Source of the DNA: Gonapodya sp. JEL0774
Lineage: Eukaryota
Length of the DNA stretch: 64,000 nt
Assembly (NCBI GenBank): GCA_027604505.1
Contig: JADIIX010000042.1
Location: forward strand, 1-64,000
Direction of reading: 5' to 3'
Below the pieces are notes generated by a model. It ran no database searches. It saw only the letters and a list, made by a program, of their open reading frames with translations, and was not told where the DNA came from. Of the stretch, positions 50,030 to 64,000 are shown piece after piece. The translations under genes and the position numbers were made by a program. Within the stretch, counting starts at the first letter, position 1; every line of letters begins with the position of its first letter.

Positions 50030-53000
50030 ATGGAAACAATGCAAATGGATCACAAGTCAGTTATGGGAGAAGAGCAGCGGACAATTGAGGTCGAAGAAAC
50101 TGCCGCAGAATCATCGAATGGTAGCGTAAATGCTCTTGCTGTCGACAGGGACGCAGTCCTGGGATCCCGATGGCCAGAAGATCCAAACGCGGTGAAAATC
50201 GTTGAAACAACCCGAACAGGGCAAGATGCGCTTCTTTTCGCCGCAACTTCGTCTGCCGCTCCTGTGTCCCGCTCAAATATCGACATTATGAACACGCGGA
50301 CGGTCTTCCCGTCTGCCTCGGAAGCTCTAGTACCTCACACCAGCGTACCCCTCGTGCCCCACGGACCAGCCCCTTTCGAAACAGCTGGATCTATATCCAA
50401 AGCTCTTCCTTTACCTACACCGTATTCAACATCGAAAGCACCAGCTTCTGTCGTTCTGGTAGACGCCGTGGACGACGGAACATCTCACCACGCATCGGTC
50501 CATCCAAGTGAGTGCCTCGTGATTACAAACCTTTCTCAGATTCAGTTCAGTGCTATCTGTGTGGAACGAAAGCAATTTAGCAATTAGATTCTGATGTCGA
50601 GAGTTGGCTTTGTCAGACCGAAATATCGCGGTTGAATTGATACGCCCTTCCAACCTTATCGGGTCCGTCTTATATCACTTGTAGTGCCGCAACGTGGTAC
50701 ACTCGTACACACTGCGGAGTCGTTCACCCTCAACTTCCCCACGTCCCAAGGCTCAAGCAATCAACTCTCACCCTCAGTGCCGGAATGCGAAAGAAATGGC
50801 CCGCAAGCGGTTTCCGGTGTGCTAGAACCAAGTAGTGTCACTACGGGATACTTTGATTCTTTACCATCGATGAACGGCAATGGCTCGGGGAGAGCGGGCT
50901 ACAGCGTGAACACGCCGTCGGAATCCCTTGTGGAACAGTCAGCCTCCAGTTGGTTTGGCAGGCGTGCAGAAAGTCTAACTGGCACATCCACGCGATTATC
51001 CATTCGCCCACCGCCGAAACCTCCTCCACCCGCACGTCACACAGGCTCTCTCCTCGTCGCCCAACAAGTACCCACGAGGAATGGTCCCTCCTCTCCTCCC
51101 GCCTTTCCCTCGCCTTCCATCCCTACCCCAACCCTCCACGAACGTCTTGAATGGCAATCTATGTTGTCCTCTGTCCTCAACGGTGATGTTATCCGTTCCG
51201 AAAAGGCCCGGCACAACCAACCTTCCGTACACACAGGATCCACAACGTCGCTGTCTCCCACACTCCATCCAGCTGGTCCAGCCCTTTCATCGGACCCCAT
51301 CGCGCCCTTCTTACCCGCGCCAGTAGCTCCAGCAACCGTCGGACAGCTTCCGCCTCATCAAGATCTACCGGCAGTTGCGAAGAAGACATACCACCCCGAT
51401 CAAAGACTGGCAATTTGGTTTGGTGTGAGAGCGAAGGTACGGGGTCGGAGTGAGATGGAAGAAAGGTGGTGGGTGGAACAGGCGAGGAGGAGTGTGGTGC
51501 CTGGAGCGATTCAAAAGGTGGTCGGGTTCGAGGTGAACGCGGTAGAAGCGGAGGGCCAGAGGTCCGCGTATCAGCAAGGTTTGTACGTTTATTGCACTTT
51601 TAATGCGTGACGGAACAGTTGCGTATCGTCAGCTGGAGATGATGCGTCCGACTGGGAAGCATTTGAATGGACCAACCATCTCATATCAGAAACAGTTAAG
51701 GGAATGATCCGCCATTTCACCGTTTCTGCTCCCCTCTCAGTCGTCGATGTTCTCTCCCTGGTCGACCTCGCCGAATCACTATTCCCAAGTCGCCGGCACC
51801 TCCTCACTCTCTACCCCGGATACGCTTCCCTTCCCTTCGCCTACAATGTCAACGCTCTAGTCTCGTGGCTTGCTGTAACACGTTCGCTGCGTACCCAGGT
51901 CCTCATTCTCAGGAGCTGGACAGGCTCCGAGACTCTCTTAACAGCCGACAGGGCCTTCATCGAGAGAATCCTCAAAGAGAGCGGAGTTAAGGGCACGTTT
52001 GAGAAACGTATCATGGCTGTGCTATCGGGCCTCGTTCGACGGACCAAGGAGGCCATGGTTGCCAACGCACAAGCGTTCGCCAACATGCGCTTGCCAGTGT
52101 ATATGGAGGAGCTCGGACAGTTGGCAGCATTCCCCGGGAACCTGATGGAAGAATTTTTGAGGGTGCGATTGGAGTACACTGAGGGTCTCATGAGACCCCG
52201 AGATGGAGGCGGGGCAATCGGAGAGGTCGTGGAAGACTTTGGAATTACCCTTGGATTGGCTGCCAGGATTAAGAGGGTGTGTAATGACCGCGGAGAGCAT
52301 CTGGATTGTGTACTACACGAGAGATTATGTTTCTTATCAGCATTTCTCTTGTTCACAGGAAACACTCTCGCTCAACACCCCTGCACCTGGTTGGCCCATC
52401 ACATCATCTCTCTCACCCACCTATGATGCGTCCTTCCTCTCTTCGCTTCGCTTTTACTTCAGGCTCCTCGAGTGGCGTCTCAAGTGGTCAAATGAGGATG
52501 CGTTCTTCAAGGAGGTGGAACAACTGGAGGGTGAGTACGAGTTTGTGACCGGGATGGTAGTTCCGTGGTGCAAAGGAGGTGACATGGAGACTGCAGAACA
52601 ATTTTGGTGAGTTGTGGCAGGGAGGGAAAGTTGATGATATTGGATTTGTTGGGCAGACAGTCATTCATCCAAACGTTAGTGGCCTCGAAGAGCAGCTCCT
52701 CATCAAAGTCAGAAACTACTTTCAAGCACATATGGCAGTCGCCCCTGGCTTGCTTACGGGTTCTGTTGCTACAGGCAGTGGCTCCTTGACGACCCGCAGC
52801 GGCCGCCTCCGAAGGATCGACACGCCAGTGTTAGACGGAGCTGTGGACAATGCGATGCCAGGATCTGATCTTCGTCCCACGGTCAATGTTGCTCTAGACG
52901 ACCAAACTCAAGGCCCGCATTCCCAATTTGCATCTGACGTCGCCCGGCAAACGACAAGTCGGCCGACCCCACCTCCGTCGCTCTCACTCTCACTCCGTTC

Positions 53001-56000
53001 TGTTGCTACAGCGGCATTGGCCGCGTCATCCGGATCTTCGCCTCCAAGTGTGGCCTTGTCCAAATGGTACCGGTCAAGAGTGCTGGAAAACGTGCGGTCC
53101 CGGTCTAGGAAATTGCTTCGCTTTTTGAGACGACTGGTCGATGAATTGGAGTGTGCGGCTGAATATGATGTTGTCGATTTGGATGCCTTGATTGCTGGAT
53201 TGAGAGGTTCCGGGCACGCGATTGTCGACTGTGAGAGCGATGGGAAGTTTGTGACATCGGGTGGCCACCTCGTTTTTGCCAGTCCTACTCTCAAAGAAAA
53301 GCCTGACGTCGTGATTAGGCTGATGAAAGGATGCTTCGGGAAAGAAGGCGCAGGCAGCCTGGTTTCGAGCACAAGCAGAGAGTTCTCGGATGGTGGGACT
53401 GTGGGGGTCATCGAAGAGGCGGGTTGGGTGGTGGTATTGAATCCTGGTCGGGGTAAGAGAATTCGTTGGAGGAGTATGGGATTGGAGATGAGGTTTCCTG
53501 AAGCAGATCTACAATGCGGTAGCGGGTTCATTTTGAAGCCAAACCGCGCCCGCCTCATTACCGATCGGGGAGAAGCCCTACCGTTGGTGAGAGCCAAGTT
53601 TGAAGAAATGACAACATCGGAACCAAACGCCGAAACCGACGTACCAGCATCCTCTTCGTCTTCTCTCACTGGCGCACTGACCGAGGACAAGTTCCCTGTG
53701 GTTGTTGGTGGCAGAGTCGGTATGTGGGGGACACTCAGAAAGGAACACAAAGCGCACGTCAAAAGAGTCTCCTCATCGCTGAAAAGTGTCAACCGGACTC
53801 TCATATCGCTAGCATTAGCGGTTGCACAGTCTGTGGAGATCGCAAGGGACACCATACGGAAAGGAGCCGCGATTGAGAACGCGATGGCCAGGAATGCGAA
53901 TGGAGCAGATGATTTAGAAGGGACTTTCAAATTAAGGAACACCTCTGTTCATCGAAAAGATCCCGTTCCCAATGAATCCTCTTCAAAACCGCCACCTCCA
54001 GATAATCATTCACGGTCACCCACCCCTGCCGCAAACGGTCCCGCTCCGGTATCAGCACTCTCTGTTGGGTCTGACATGGGTCCTGCTCATGACCTCCTTG
54101 AGGACTGGTTTACCTTTGCGAGCGACTTTGGGCACCGAGTACTTCGGTTCGTTAGGAAGAAAGGCAGGAAAGAACTGCAGCACACGCTTGTCAAGCTCGC
54201 GGTTGATTGGATGCAGTTCATTGTTCGTGACTGTGTGAATACGGACAAAAGGACATTCCGATGGGCATTATTGGCGTTAGAGTTCGGGATGAAGATAACG
54301 AGGTGAGAGCAGTTGCTAACGCACGAGTTGTTGTTGTAGATGATTCCCATAACTAATCATCGCTTGCAGTGGTCAAGATATTTACGAGCTGGGGGACGAC
54401 GAGTTCATCTCGATGAGAATCAATGTCGCTCGCTGCATGTCGCTGTTGGTTGAACATGTCGACATCCATGGTGCTCGCCAGTCCGCAAGAGAGGCCCTCG
54501 AAGCCTCGTCCAACCAAACACTGGAGTTTTCTCACCCGGCGCTTGCGACATTGTCTGATGTTCATGGGTGGTTGTCCACCGACGTTATGACGCACGAAAG
54601 GGATAACTGGCTCCACAAACTTGCGGAGCTAGAGGAGGAGCGGCATAGACGGCAAAGAACTTTGCGTGCAGTAGGCAAAGTTCTGGACGATCGAAACATT
54701 GAGGACCGGAACATATCACAACTTCTTGCTTCCGTGGGCTCTTCCATTTCACTCAGATGGCAGCAAGGCAAATATCTCGGTGGTGGATCGTTTGGATCCG
54801 TATACATGGGCATCAATTTGGATAGCGGTGACGTCATGGCCGTCAAGGAGATACGTTTCCAGGATGTCACGTCGTTAGAGTCACTCAAGCGGAGCATTTT
54901 AGATGAGATGAATGTCATGCAAATGCTTCACAACCCCAACATTATCGACTATTATGGAGCAGAAGTACATAAGGACAAGGTATACATCTTCATGGAGTTT
55001 TGTCCAACTTCACTCGCGGGGCTGTTGGAGCATGGGCGTTTGGAGGATGAAGGCGTCGTGAGAGTATATGCGAAGCAGATGCTCAAAGGACTCCAATACT
55101 TGCACTCAAATGGAATCGTTCATCGGTAAGTTCCGCCAGTATTATATTCGTGCAAGCTTGGGGTTCATGCCGTTGTTTTTTCATCCTCAGTGACGTTAAA
55201 CCGGCAAACACGTTGATCGATTCACATGGGACACTGAAGTTTGTGGACTTTGGAGCTTCGAAGATCTTCAAGAACCAAAAGACCATTCTGATAGCTGGCG
55301 AGCAGAACAGCTTCATTGGCACGCCACATTACATGGTAAGAATATTGTTGTAGTTCGTGGGGTTCTTAGTGTGCTTGAAATGCGGTCGACTTTTTTGGAC
55401 TGGACAGGCTCCAGAGGTAATCACCGGGGAACCTCAAAACCAGATACCGAAAGGCGCCCAAGACATTTGGTCTATGGGATGCTGTCTCTTGGAGATGATA
55501 ACAGGGAGGAAGCCGTGGTATACTTTGGATAACGAGTGGGCGGTAGGTCACATCTTTTGATTGAGATATTTCGTCCAGGAAACTCTCGTCAACGAATGGC
55601 GTCAAACAACATTTGCAGATTATGTACCATATTGGTATCTCCGGTCGTCACCCACCACTTCCGGATCCGACCCAAATTTCAGAAGATGGTGCCGATTTCC
55701 TTCGTATCTGCTTCACCCGTCCTGCAAAACATCGGCCAACCGCCACACAGCTCCTCGATCACCCGTGGGTTCGAGAAGTGGACGAGCACGCATTGTACAT
55801 AACAGAGGCTCTCACACCAAGCCCCGGACTGGAAACAATGGGGTCAGGCATGAGGACTACTCTTACAGTCGGCACACTCAGCACAGACGCTGGTGTATAT
55901 TCCAGCTCTAGTGTAGGGGTCTCCGTTTCGGCTGGTTCTCCCATACCGTTGGATTCCACCGCCACCGACTACTTGTCGGCTGGCAACATGATCGCGCGAG

Positions 56001-56035
56001 CATCTGCCATGCGGAGAAATTCTTATGCAGCATAA
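50030..56035 (+). CDS. SSK2: MAP kinase kinase kinase of the Ssk2/Wis4/MEKK4 family (HOG pathway), multi-exon
   Basis: N-terminal HERLEWQSMLSSVLNGDVIRSEK; kinase motifs RWQQGKYLGGGSFGSVY, MAVKEIRFQD, HR|DVKPAN, DFG, GTPHYM|APE, DNEWA|IMYHI. Confidence 0.93.
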
Positions 56036-56558
56036 CCACAATTTGAAACCCACTGAAGAATAATTTTGGCATACTTGTACATAATAGACATATAATAATC
56101 AATCACCATACTGCTGTTAAGCATTGTGGAGGGCATACAACATTCATTGCGGCTTGATGGTGGAATGATCAACATAATCTTTCTCGAAGGATCCACAACA
56201 GGCGGGACTTGCTCGCAATTAATTGCCAGCACGATTCTTCTGAGCGGGACTCGGAAGTAAGTTGGAAGGGGTACTCCGTGGTGCCATCTCTGTGAAGTCG
56301 TGCTCTCTCAGAATCCGTGAGTTGCGATTTCGTCAATGCCGGTGCGAGGCGACTGCATTGCACCAGTGATCTGCACAATGCTTGCGATTGGCAACAACCT
56401 GAAGTTATTGCGGAGTGAAACTGGTCCGCTTGTCAATGATCTCGCTTTATGTACATAATTTGGGTCTCGCCCAACTGGATGTTCATTTGATCGCACTTCT
56501 GCACCTGGAGCCCAAAAATTCTGACCTCGCTCTTCTGTTGTACAAGCTAGCTATCGGC

Positions 56559-59500
56559 ATGGCTGCGGTTTTCCGGAGCCAATCTATTCGGGGCTCGCGG
56601 CATCCACCGCCTCTGGCAACCTCATTATCTCAAACACAGTTCCATAGCACATCATCCTCCGACCCCCTCCGCGTCCGTCTAATAGCATCCCTCTTCCCCG
56701 CTACGGATCCAGCAAACTCTTCTGCCTCACAACTACCAACCAGCGAGCGTTACGCATCTGCATTTCCGGACGAGAGGCTCCTCGCCTACATCAAAGTACT
56801 GGAGGAGAAAAAGCCATCGCAATCCTCAACTGCCCTTGCGCTTTCACATTATCTTCTCTCGGTCGGTGCGGGCGGGTCGTTTGCGACCGCGGTGGGGAAG
56901 GGCGGGTCTTACAACAACCTGGCAGCGGCGGCTCGAGGTGGTAGTGCCCCTGACAGGAAAACCGCCCAGACCGTCCTAAGTGCGGCTATGGCTCGTGCTG
57001 ATGACGATTCAGAAGACGAGAGTTACGGCCGGAAGGCTGCGAGTGCGCCTGGGGAGAGAAGGAAAGTAAAACAACGGTATATATGTGTGACCAGTGAGTG
57101 GAACACTGTTCCCCGTTTTTTTACACGTGGAAGTCTTGAACGAGTGCACTTTCTTGTCAGTCCGATCCAGCCCAAACTCATCCAACGCCAATACCGTTGT
57201 TCGTCTGCATAAAGTCAAACTACTTCCATCCGGCGTGTTCGCAGCGGTACGGTCGTACGGTTTAGACGAGTGCAAGGGAATTGAAAGCGTACCGGACGTG
57301 AGTATTTGATTCAATAAGGGATTGCGACTGGGATCAGGGTGGATAACAATCGGGATCATGTTGAAGTGATCCTGCAGGCTCATGGGACACACTTTTTGGG
57401 TGTATTTGATGAAAATGATACTATTGAACCATTTCTCACTATGGTGTTTTCTTAATCCCCCATCAAAGACTGCAACCTTCGCTATTGTGTTTGCAAAACT
57501 TTATCTTTGGCACGCCGAGGACGAAGGCCGCAAGGTTGATTTCCTAACTGCTGTGGCACGAGTGAGTCAACTTCCAGTCAAGTATGTGATGTGTCAAGAA
57601 CGTGATGTAACTCGCACCATCAATGGGGGTCGATATCTACCAATGTTTTACAGCTACTGCGTAACTACCTCGCTAAACCACCACCCATTATCAATATTTC
57701 GGTCTCACAGTCTGCTAGCCGAGCGGCCTCTCCACCCACGATTTCTCTCGACGCTGACGGGCAGGGGGGTGATACTACGGCGAACCGGCGAAAACCTCTA
57801 GATGTGGCCACGGCTAATCCCGACGTGGAAACCGATTTATTGCAAGGTATGCTGCAGAGTTTCTTCGATTACGGGTCCGGAGATGGAAAGGAAGGCGGAA
57901 CCAAGGAAGTTGAGGGTAGATTACGACGGGAAGTGGGAGGTTTAGAAGGTGTGAGTATCCTCGAGATCAGAGCTGCCACCTTTGTGCTTGCCATGACTGC
58001 CATTTATCTTCACGTGACTGTTTTTAGGCGAATATTCATTCTATAATTACGTCCTACACCGCTGCCAATGAGGCGGTCAGCCTTCTTGACGTTGCGATAC
58101 GCGAGCTCGATGAGATCGACCAGTGGTTGAACGGATTGTCTGGAAGGCTGAACGTAAGTTCTTGGGCGATATTTGAGAAGAGTTTAGGTGTCCCAAACGA
58201 CTGACCGCCAATTGACTTTCTTCCTCCGCTTACTTTGGGGTGCCTTCACAGAACATGGGCCAGGATGTGCAAGCTATTGAGGCCAAAAACAAAGGCATGC
58301 AAGTACAGACCACTAATCAAAAGCAGCTTGTAGTGGAGCTGGAAAAAATTCTAGTGAGAATCTCTCGAGCAATTGATCTTTGGAAATGAGCGGAAGTCGA
58401 CACTCCCTGCGACAGTCCTCACTTTCCTTACCTTCGTCAGCTGTTTCCGCTCTCCGAAACACATCCCTCTACCCTCCATCGAATAGCGCTATATCATCTG
58501 CCTTAGCGGCTGCTGAGCAGCTCCGTGCTATTTTGAATCGTCGATTCGAGGGCGGCATCGGATCGATGCAAGTGGTGCAGGAGCGTATGCAAGCGTGGGG
58601 TGGAGAAGGAAGCAAATTTGCAGCAAAAGTTGTGGAAGCCGTAAGAGCCTCTGTGGAGAAGGAGGTATGGTTGATCAGCAGACGGTCCCAAACCAATGAA
58701 CCTGACAGTGTTTCGCAACAGGCGGATTCGCAGCTTGGTGACCGTTCTCGCCTTCCGCGAAGAGGCCACCTGAAACTTTACCCACATGATCAGATGGAGT
58801 CTGTTGCTTTACAGTACGCGGGCTTAGTCGATTGGCTCAAGGAGGTTGATCCAAGGAAGCATAATGAGCTTCAGCTGGTATGGCTGGTGATCGGTGTCTC
58901 CATCCTCTTTTGAGACACTAACTCAGTCGATTGCACACAATCTATCTGTTGAAACTCAGATTTATGTTCAACAAGCGAATAGGGTCTACCGAAGAGAGAT
59001 TCGCGATTTCATGGAAGTACTGAGGACTCAGTACTTGACTCTACCCTCGTCTGGGGTTCCCACAGGAGGAAGTGGCACGAAAAGTGGCACGATTGGGAAG
59101 GAGAAAGGAGATGATTTGCCGTGGGGTAAGAATTTACAATCCGAGTTTGCGTGTCGTCCTCCCTCTGAACCACTGCAAATCATAACTGTGGCAGTCTTTA
59201 CTCCTGATAAGGCATCATTTTCGGTGCAACCACTAAAGTCGTTTCAAAGCGCTGTTGGTGGAGCGATGAATCGGTCTGCCATGTTGGGGATAGCTGGGCG
59301 CACCTCATCCTCGACGAATCTCCCGACTTCTCATCGGAGAGAGAAAAGCGATGTTGCGGGGTGGAATGCGGGTAGAGATGAAGACCCTGAAGGGATGCAA
59401 CCTGACGAAGCAATCGACATAACCTTAGAACACATGGGTGCAGCCATGTTGCGGGAACAGAACTTTATCGTTGATTTGTTTGGAGTCGGTGGTTCGATTG

Positions 59501-61072
59501 GAGGTAGGAGCACGAGTCCGCAACCGGGTCTGGACAGGAGTGGCATGATGACTAGTAGGGATGAACTCGGAGGTTCAAACACGGGATTGCTTGACGCACC
59601 TGGGGGCACAAATGGGATGAGCCCCGCCATTTCAAAGTCAGGAAGGGACGTCAAAATACAAAAGCGGATGGCGTGAGTTCCTTGTCAATGATCGCTCTAC
59701 TGTATGACATCATACACCAATACCAACTCTCCTTTTTGCGGTGATCTTAAATTCAGAGAAACAATGGAAGCCCTCTTTGACCTCGTTTTGCCTGAACTCA
59801 CGAGCTTGGTTGATATAGGGTCACGTTCAGATCCTACCATTGCCCTCACAATGCTTGTCCGAGTTGAAGACCATCTCAACATGCTTGTCAAGCTGTCGGG
59901 CTCTTCTGGCGAGTCACCTCAAAGCGTCAGCGCGCCTTCATCTACAGCGCCAGCTGTTGCGCCTGGCTATGCAATAGGGGTTTTGGAAGCCACGCGTGAT
60001 AGATGTGTAAAGATTGTGGAGAAGTTTGTCAATGAGCAGGTTGCCTTGATAGAAGAGACCAAAGTGTCATTGAAAAGACGAACTGGAGTGCTATCGTTTA
60101 TTCGGACGTTCCCAGTGAGTAACGCTAGTATGCCATTCTTCGCCATGGTATTCTGACAATCGTGACCCCTTTTCAAGGCCTTTGCTGACCGGTTTGAATC
60201 TTGCATCCGGGACACTCAACCCACACCACACGGAGCTCCATCGACTGCGCGAACTCTTGTCAATACTTCCATTGAGCGCGTTGTTCGAAAGATATTTGAC
60301 TCAATGGACGTCATTGCCAAGGACGTCCAGCAGGCCGCAGAGAGCAATAGCAAAGCTCAACAAGATGACAAAGAGCGTTTGAATGTTCACATTCTTCACT
60401 TGCGTGAGTATTGAGATGTTTGAACCTCACCAGAGGTGAATTTTTGATACGAGGCAATTTATCCTGGGCAGAGAACATGCACACATTCTATACAGAGGTT
60501 CGAGGTCGTAAAGTCGCTGTTCTGGACCCGTGGGTGAAGCAGGCGAAATCCCTATATGATTTGCATCTGCAGCGGTATGTCAAGGCTGTCCTACGAAGAC
60601 CTCTGGGCAAGCTTCTCGAGTTCTTCGAGGGTGTGGAGGATCTCCTTCGAACAGGTGCAGCGGAAGAAGTTTCTTTTCACATTCAATTCAACAAAAATGC
60701 TCTGAAAGAAGTGGTGCGGAAGCAATCAGCGAAAGAGGTATGTTTGAAAGAGACCCCATGTTTCAACAGTACCAACACGAAAACCCGTTGCTTCCGGTTT
60801 GTACACTACAGATGAAACGTAATTTGGAACAGCTTTACAAACGAGTTGATAAGCACTTTCAGGAGGGAGACGGCTCAACCCTCAGCACCACCCAATCCAC
60901 TTCTGGCTCTTTGCTACAGGTTGTCTGGCGGAACATTCAAGAAGAGTTTATTAAGCTGCTGAACCGGTATGATGATTTAATTGCTCGATGTTGGCCCAAG
61001 AGTGGTCTCCAGTTGGAGTTCTCTGTCAAGGACATGTTGGACTGGTTCAGCGAAATCGCGCGAAGTCACTAA
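56559..61072 (+). CDS. SEC3: Exocyst subunit Sec3 (EXOC1), multi-exon
   Basis: N-terminal PIP2-binding-like region (KQRYICVT, VRLHKVK); C-terminal ENMHTFY, RPLGKLLEFFEGVE, LYKRVDKHF, LLQVVWRNIQEEF. Confidence 0.93.
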
Positions 61073-61227
61073 AATTTTATACCTACCGTTTGTACATATG
61101 TATTGTTCCCAACTCCTTTTTACGTGATAGTAGTGTCCAGTGCTTTGCACTTCGATAACGAGGCAAGCTTGACCCCATTTTTGAAGTGAATCTCTGCCGA
61201 TCCATCAACATTCCGAACCTTCCAGCA

Positions 61228-62482
61228 ATGTCTCAGTCGTCAAATCGGAAGCGCAAGAGTTTCGCGGACTCCCTAGCTTCTGTGTCAGCAGAGCTGGCGG
61301 AGAATCGAAAGAAACCTCGCAAATCCCCCGCTTCTTCCAAGCACGATAAGGAAGTGGCAGTATCACCCGAAAAGAGATTAAGGAGATTCAGACCTACTGG
61401 TGATACTCGTTTTGGAATCTGCGGTGATTGAAACGGCAGCTAAGCAGTTTCAACCACAGCAAATGGTGACGTAAGGAATAGAGTGAACCGCGCGTTAACA
61501 CAGAGAATGTTCCTTGTCAATCGAGAAAAACTGTCTGACGGTGAGGGATCCGTCTGTGACTGTCGGGGACTTCGAATCAACTATAAATAGTTTCTTCCAG
61601 ATGAAGAAGTATTTAAAGTACTCGGGTCGACTGGGAACGTTTACACAGTACGTATTGGAAAGCTCGTCTCGTGTGACTGTCCCGAGTAAGTTTTTACTTC
61701 ACATTTACTTGGTTCTTCTGTTCAATTGATGTGCGCCTTCTGTGTCCGAAGCGCCGCCAAGGGAAACTTATGCAAGCATCACCTGTTTGTGATGCTTCGA
61801 GTGCTAAGGGTGAATCAGAACAACCCAAGCGTCTGGCAGACTGCCTTATTAGCCTGCGAATTGGAGGTCATCTTCAAGTCGGCTCCCCCCGATCCACGAA
61901 TTCTTGCCGATAAGGAAGTCCAGCGAGCTTGGAGAAAACTGGAGGGTGTCGAGGGTGAGACTGTTGAGAGTGAAGAAACAAGTGAGGAAACTGGTGCCAG
62001 AAAGATTGACCAGGATGCAGAATGCCCTACCTGCTACGAGAAGCTCGTCGTGAGTCTTGACAACTATCCCCGTAAAAATGTTGAAACCCGTAGCAAAAGT
62101 TTATTATGTGAATATCTGCCAGGATCCGAACAGACCAACAGCGTGGTGCTTGACCTGCCGCAACAGTATACACAAAGATTGCCTGGGAACGTGGAGGGAC
62201 GCCTGTAGATCTCAACACAAACCAGTTACATGTGTTTATTGCCGTTCAGAATGGATTGAACTGAGTGTGGGTGGGGACCGGGCAGCTGTTGCCAAAGTGG
62301 GAGAAGATGGTTACATCAACCTTGGAAGAGCTGCGGGACTCCCCACTACCAGAGGTGTGTTGTTCTTTTGTCATCGAAGGCGTGCTCAGATTTCGTGAGG
62401 ACTTTTCTTGTTGGAAACATTTACAGATACTTCCACGTATAGCATTTGGTCTGGGTTGTCTGGAGAGAGATGGGGCTACTGA
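61228..62482 (+). CDS. SWIM zinc-finger plus RING-finger protein (ZSWIM2-like), multi-exon
   Basis: RALTQRMFLV, FKVLGSTGNVYTV, SWIM CDCP...CKHHLFVMLRVL, RING CPTC...CLTCRNSIHKDC...CVYCRSEW, GYINLG. Confidence 0.88.
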
Positions 62483-63022
62483 GTACTAAAGCGGGCACTC
62501 GGAACTATGCATTTCATTTTGATGTTGTTGATTCGAATCCATTCTTTTCGGTCAGATTTTATTGTATTTTAAAACTTTTTTCATGGCTGCGGTCCCCAGC
62601 GGCCTTGGAGCAACTCACGAAGTTGGTGAAAGGGACGCCAAAAGACGTCTTTGGCTTCATGCACCTGAACTCGTTGGGGCATCGGTAACTGATCCACTCA
62701 GACCAGGAAAAACGCAGATTCGCGTGGTGGTAGCTGGTTCGTGAAGCACGATGGAAGTAGTGTAATATAGAATTTACATTGTTCTTTGGGTATTCGGATA
62801 TCAAGACATCGGCATCATTCACATTGTCTCATGCAATTTTCATTTTCATTTGTGCGCGATAACAGATCTCAATACATTCAAAAGCGCCGGTAAAATTAAT
62901 GAATGTCGAACAGACGTGTTGTAGTCCCTCCAAATTCATTGGACCCACTCTTTCCAGTTTCGCTACTTTTCAGGGAGCAAGTGAGAGAACGGGCTGGGGG
63001 CGGTGAAGGAGGTGCTCCCCAT

Positions 63023-64000
63023 TCATGCGTGGGTGTTCAAGTATGTTGTGTTACTCGCTCCATTTGGTGATTGCTGGTACAGTATCTGCAATGCGTGATT
63101 CTTCTCCTGCGATGGTATTGTTATGAAAAAATCATGATCAACTAAGGGATTCAACATAGAGCAACACTCAAAACTCACTGCAAGCAGGTGAGTCACATTC
63201 TGCTCGTTCCGCACCCAAAAGGATTCCAATTGTGTCAAGTGAGCAATATGGATATCTAAATCTTCAACAACTTGAACCAAGTCCTCCAGGCGACCCCGTA
63301 TCCTCGCCACATGCACAAGCCCTGCCCTATATATGGCAGTCATCTCGAGGCACGAGCTATGATATGAAGCCGTTTCCGACAGGCGGAGCAAATCCGTCAC
63401 TCCTCTTGCATGCGCAACTGCATTGTGGAACGCCAGTGAATTGAGCCATTGTGGAGGTGAGACTCCCAAGGTCAGAGTGAGCGGAGATGAAATCGTAAGA
63501 CCGATCAAATCGTACAGGAGCGATATGCGGCGAAAACTCGGGTTTGACCACGTTGGGTTCGAATACGTCGCAACGAGTTCAAAGCGCCATTCAGCAAGTC
63601 GCTGGACAAACAGATTGTATCCGGGAAAAGCTGCTGGATTCGATGGATCGAAACCAGAGACCACAGCGTGCTTCCTAGTTTCCAGGAAGTTAGAAAGAAT
63701 CTAGCAGTGGGGAAGCGAAGAATTGTGCAGTGACAGCTATCACACTAGAAGATGTTGCTTTCGACTAAATGGAATCCTGACCTGATAGAGTCCAGGCATG
63801 TTGACAATTGTGGTGAAGGCAGCATTTGGTGACGTGCCCAAGTATCCTTCCCACTTAATGTTTCTGCCGATTAATGAACATGGAAGAAGAAGAAGAACAA
63901 CAGGGATGTAAGTATCTGATCTTGCTTCTACCAATCAAAGACGAGGAATGCAACTTCAGCAACTGAAAATCACGAGCAATCTCTGCATCTACAACGCAGC
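63023..64000 (-). CDS. 3' part of a multi-exon hypothetical gene, possibly the C-terminal region of a fungal transcription factor; truncated by the window edge
   Basis: Open frames 63023-63664 and 63740-63934 with GT-AG boundaries; helical content; no diagnostic motif visible. Confidence 0.45.

Noticed and set aside
7573..61072. VPS51 and SEC3 as a vesicle-tethering gene cluster
   Set aside because: They are ~44 kb apart with many unrelated genes between them.
50030..62482. SSK2 plus the nearby SWIM-RING gene as a split MEKK1-like unit
   Set aside because: SSK2 is MEKK4-type, SEC3 lies between them, and stand-alone SWIM-RING proteins are common in fungi; the proximity is probably chance.

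Overview
Gene-dense, intron-rich eukaryotic DNA with short GT-AG introns, most consistent with a zoosporic (chytrid- or monoblepharid-like) fungus: it carries fungal-type SSK2 and GH26 genes together with the centriole gene LRRCC1/VFL1. About 19 protein-coding loci can be read by splicing the ORF fragments: RED/IK, a membrane-anchored PD-(D/E)xK nuclease-like gene, TBCA, VPS51, GH26, two orphans, LRRCC1, a histidine phosphatase, an RGS-C1-HR1-RA-DH-PH RhoGEF, a THEM4-like thioesterase, a PUB-domain protein, a nucleoside transporter, two secreted multi-module proteins, SSK2, SEC3, a SWIM-RING protein and a truncated gene at the right edge, plus a Sel1 pseudogene. Two regions stand out. (1) At 40.8-47.0 kb, two tandem secreted genes share seven copies of a ~125-aa Cys/Trp module (CBM2-like by pattern) that I cannot assign to a named family; one gene adds a Cip1-like domain on a single exon that may be of bacterial origin. 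(2) At 3.1-6.2 kb, a 2.7-kb segment carrying the nuclease-like gene is bracketed by 182-bp direct repeats. All gene models, alignments and folds were read by eye; exon boundaries are approximate unless stated and no database search was run.
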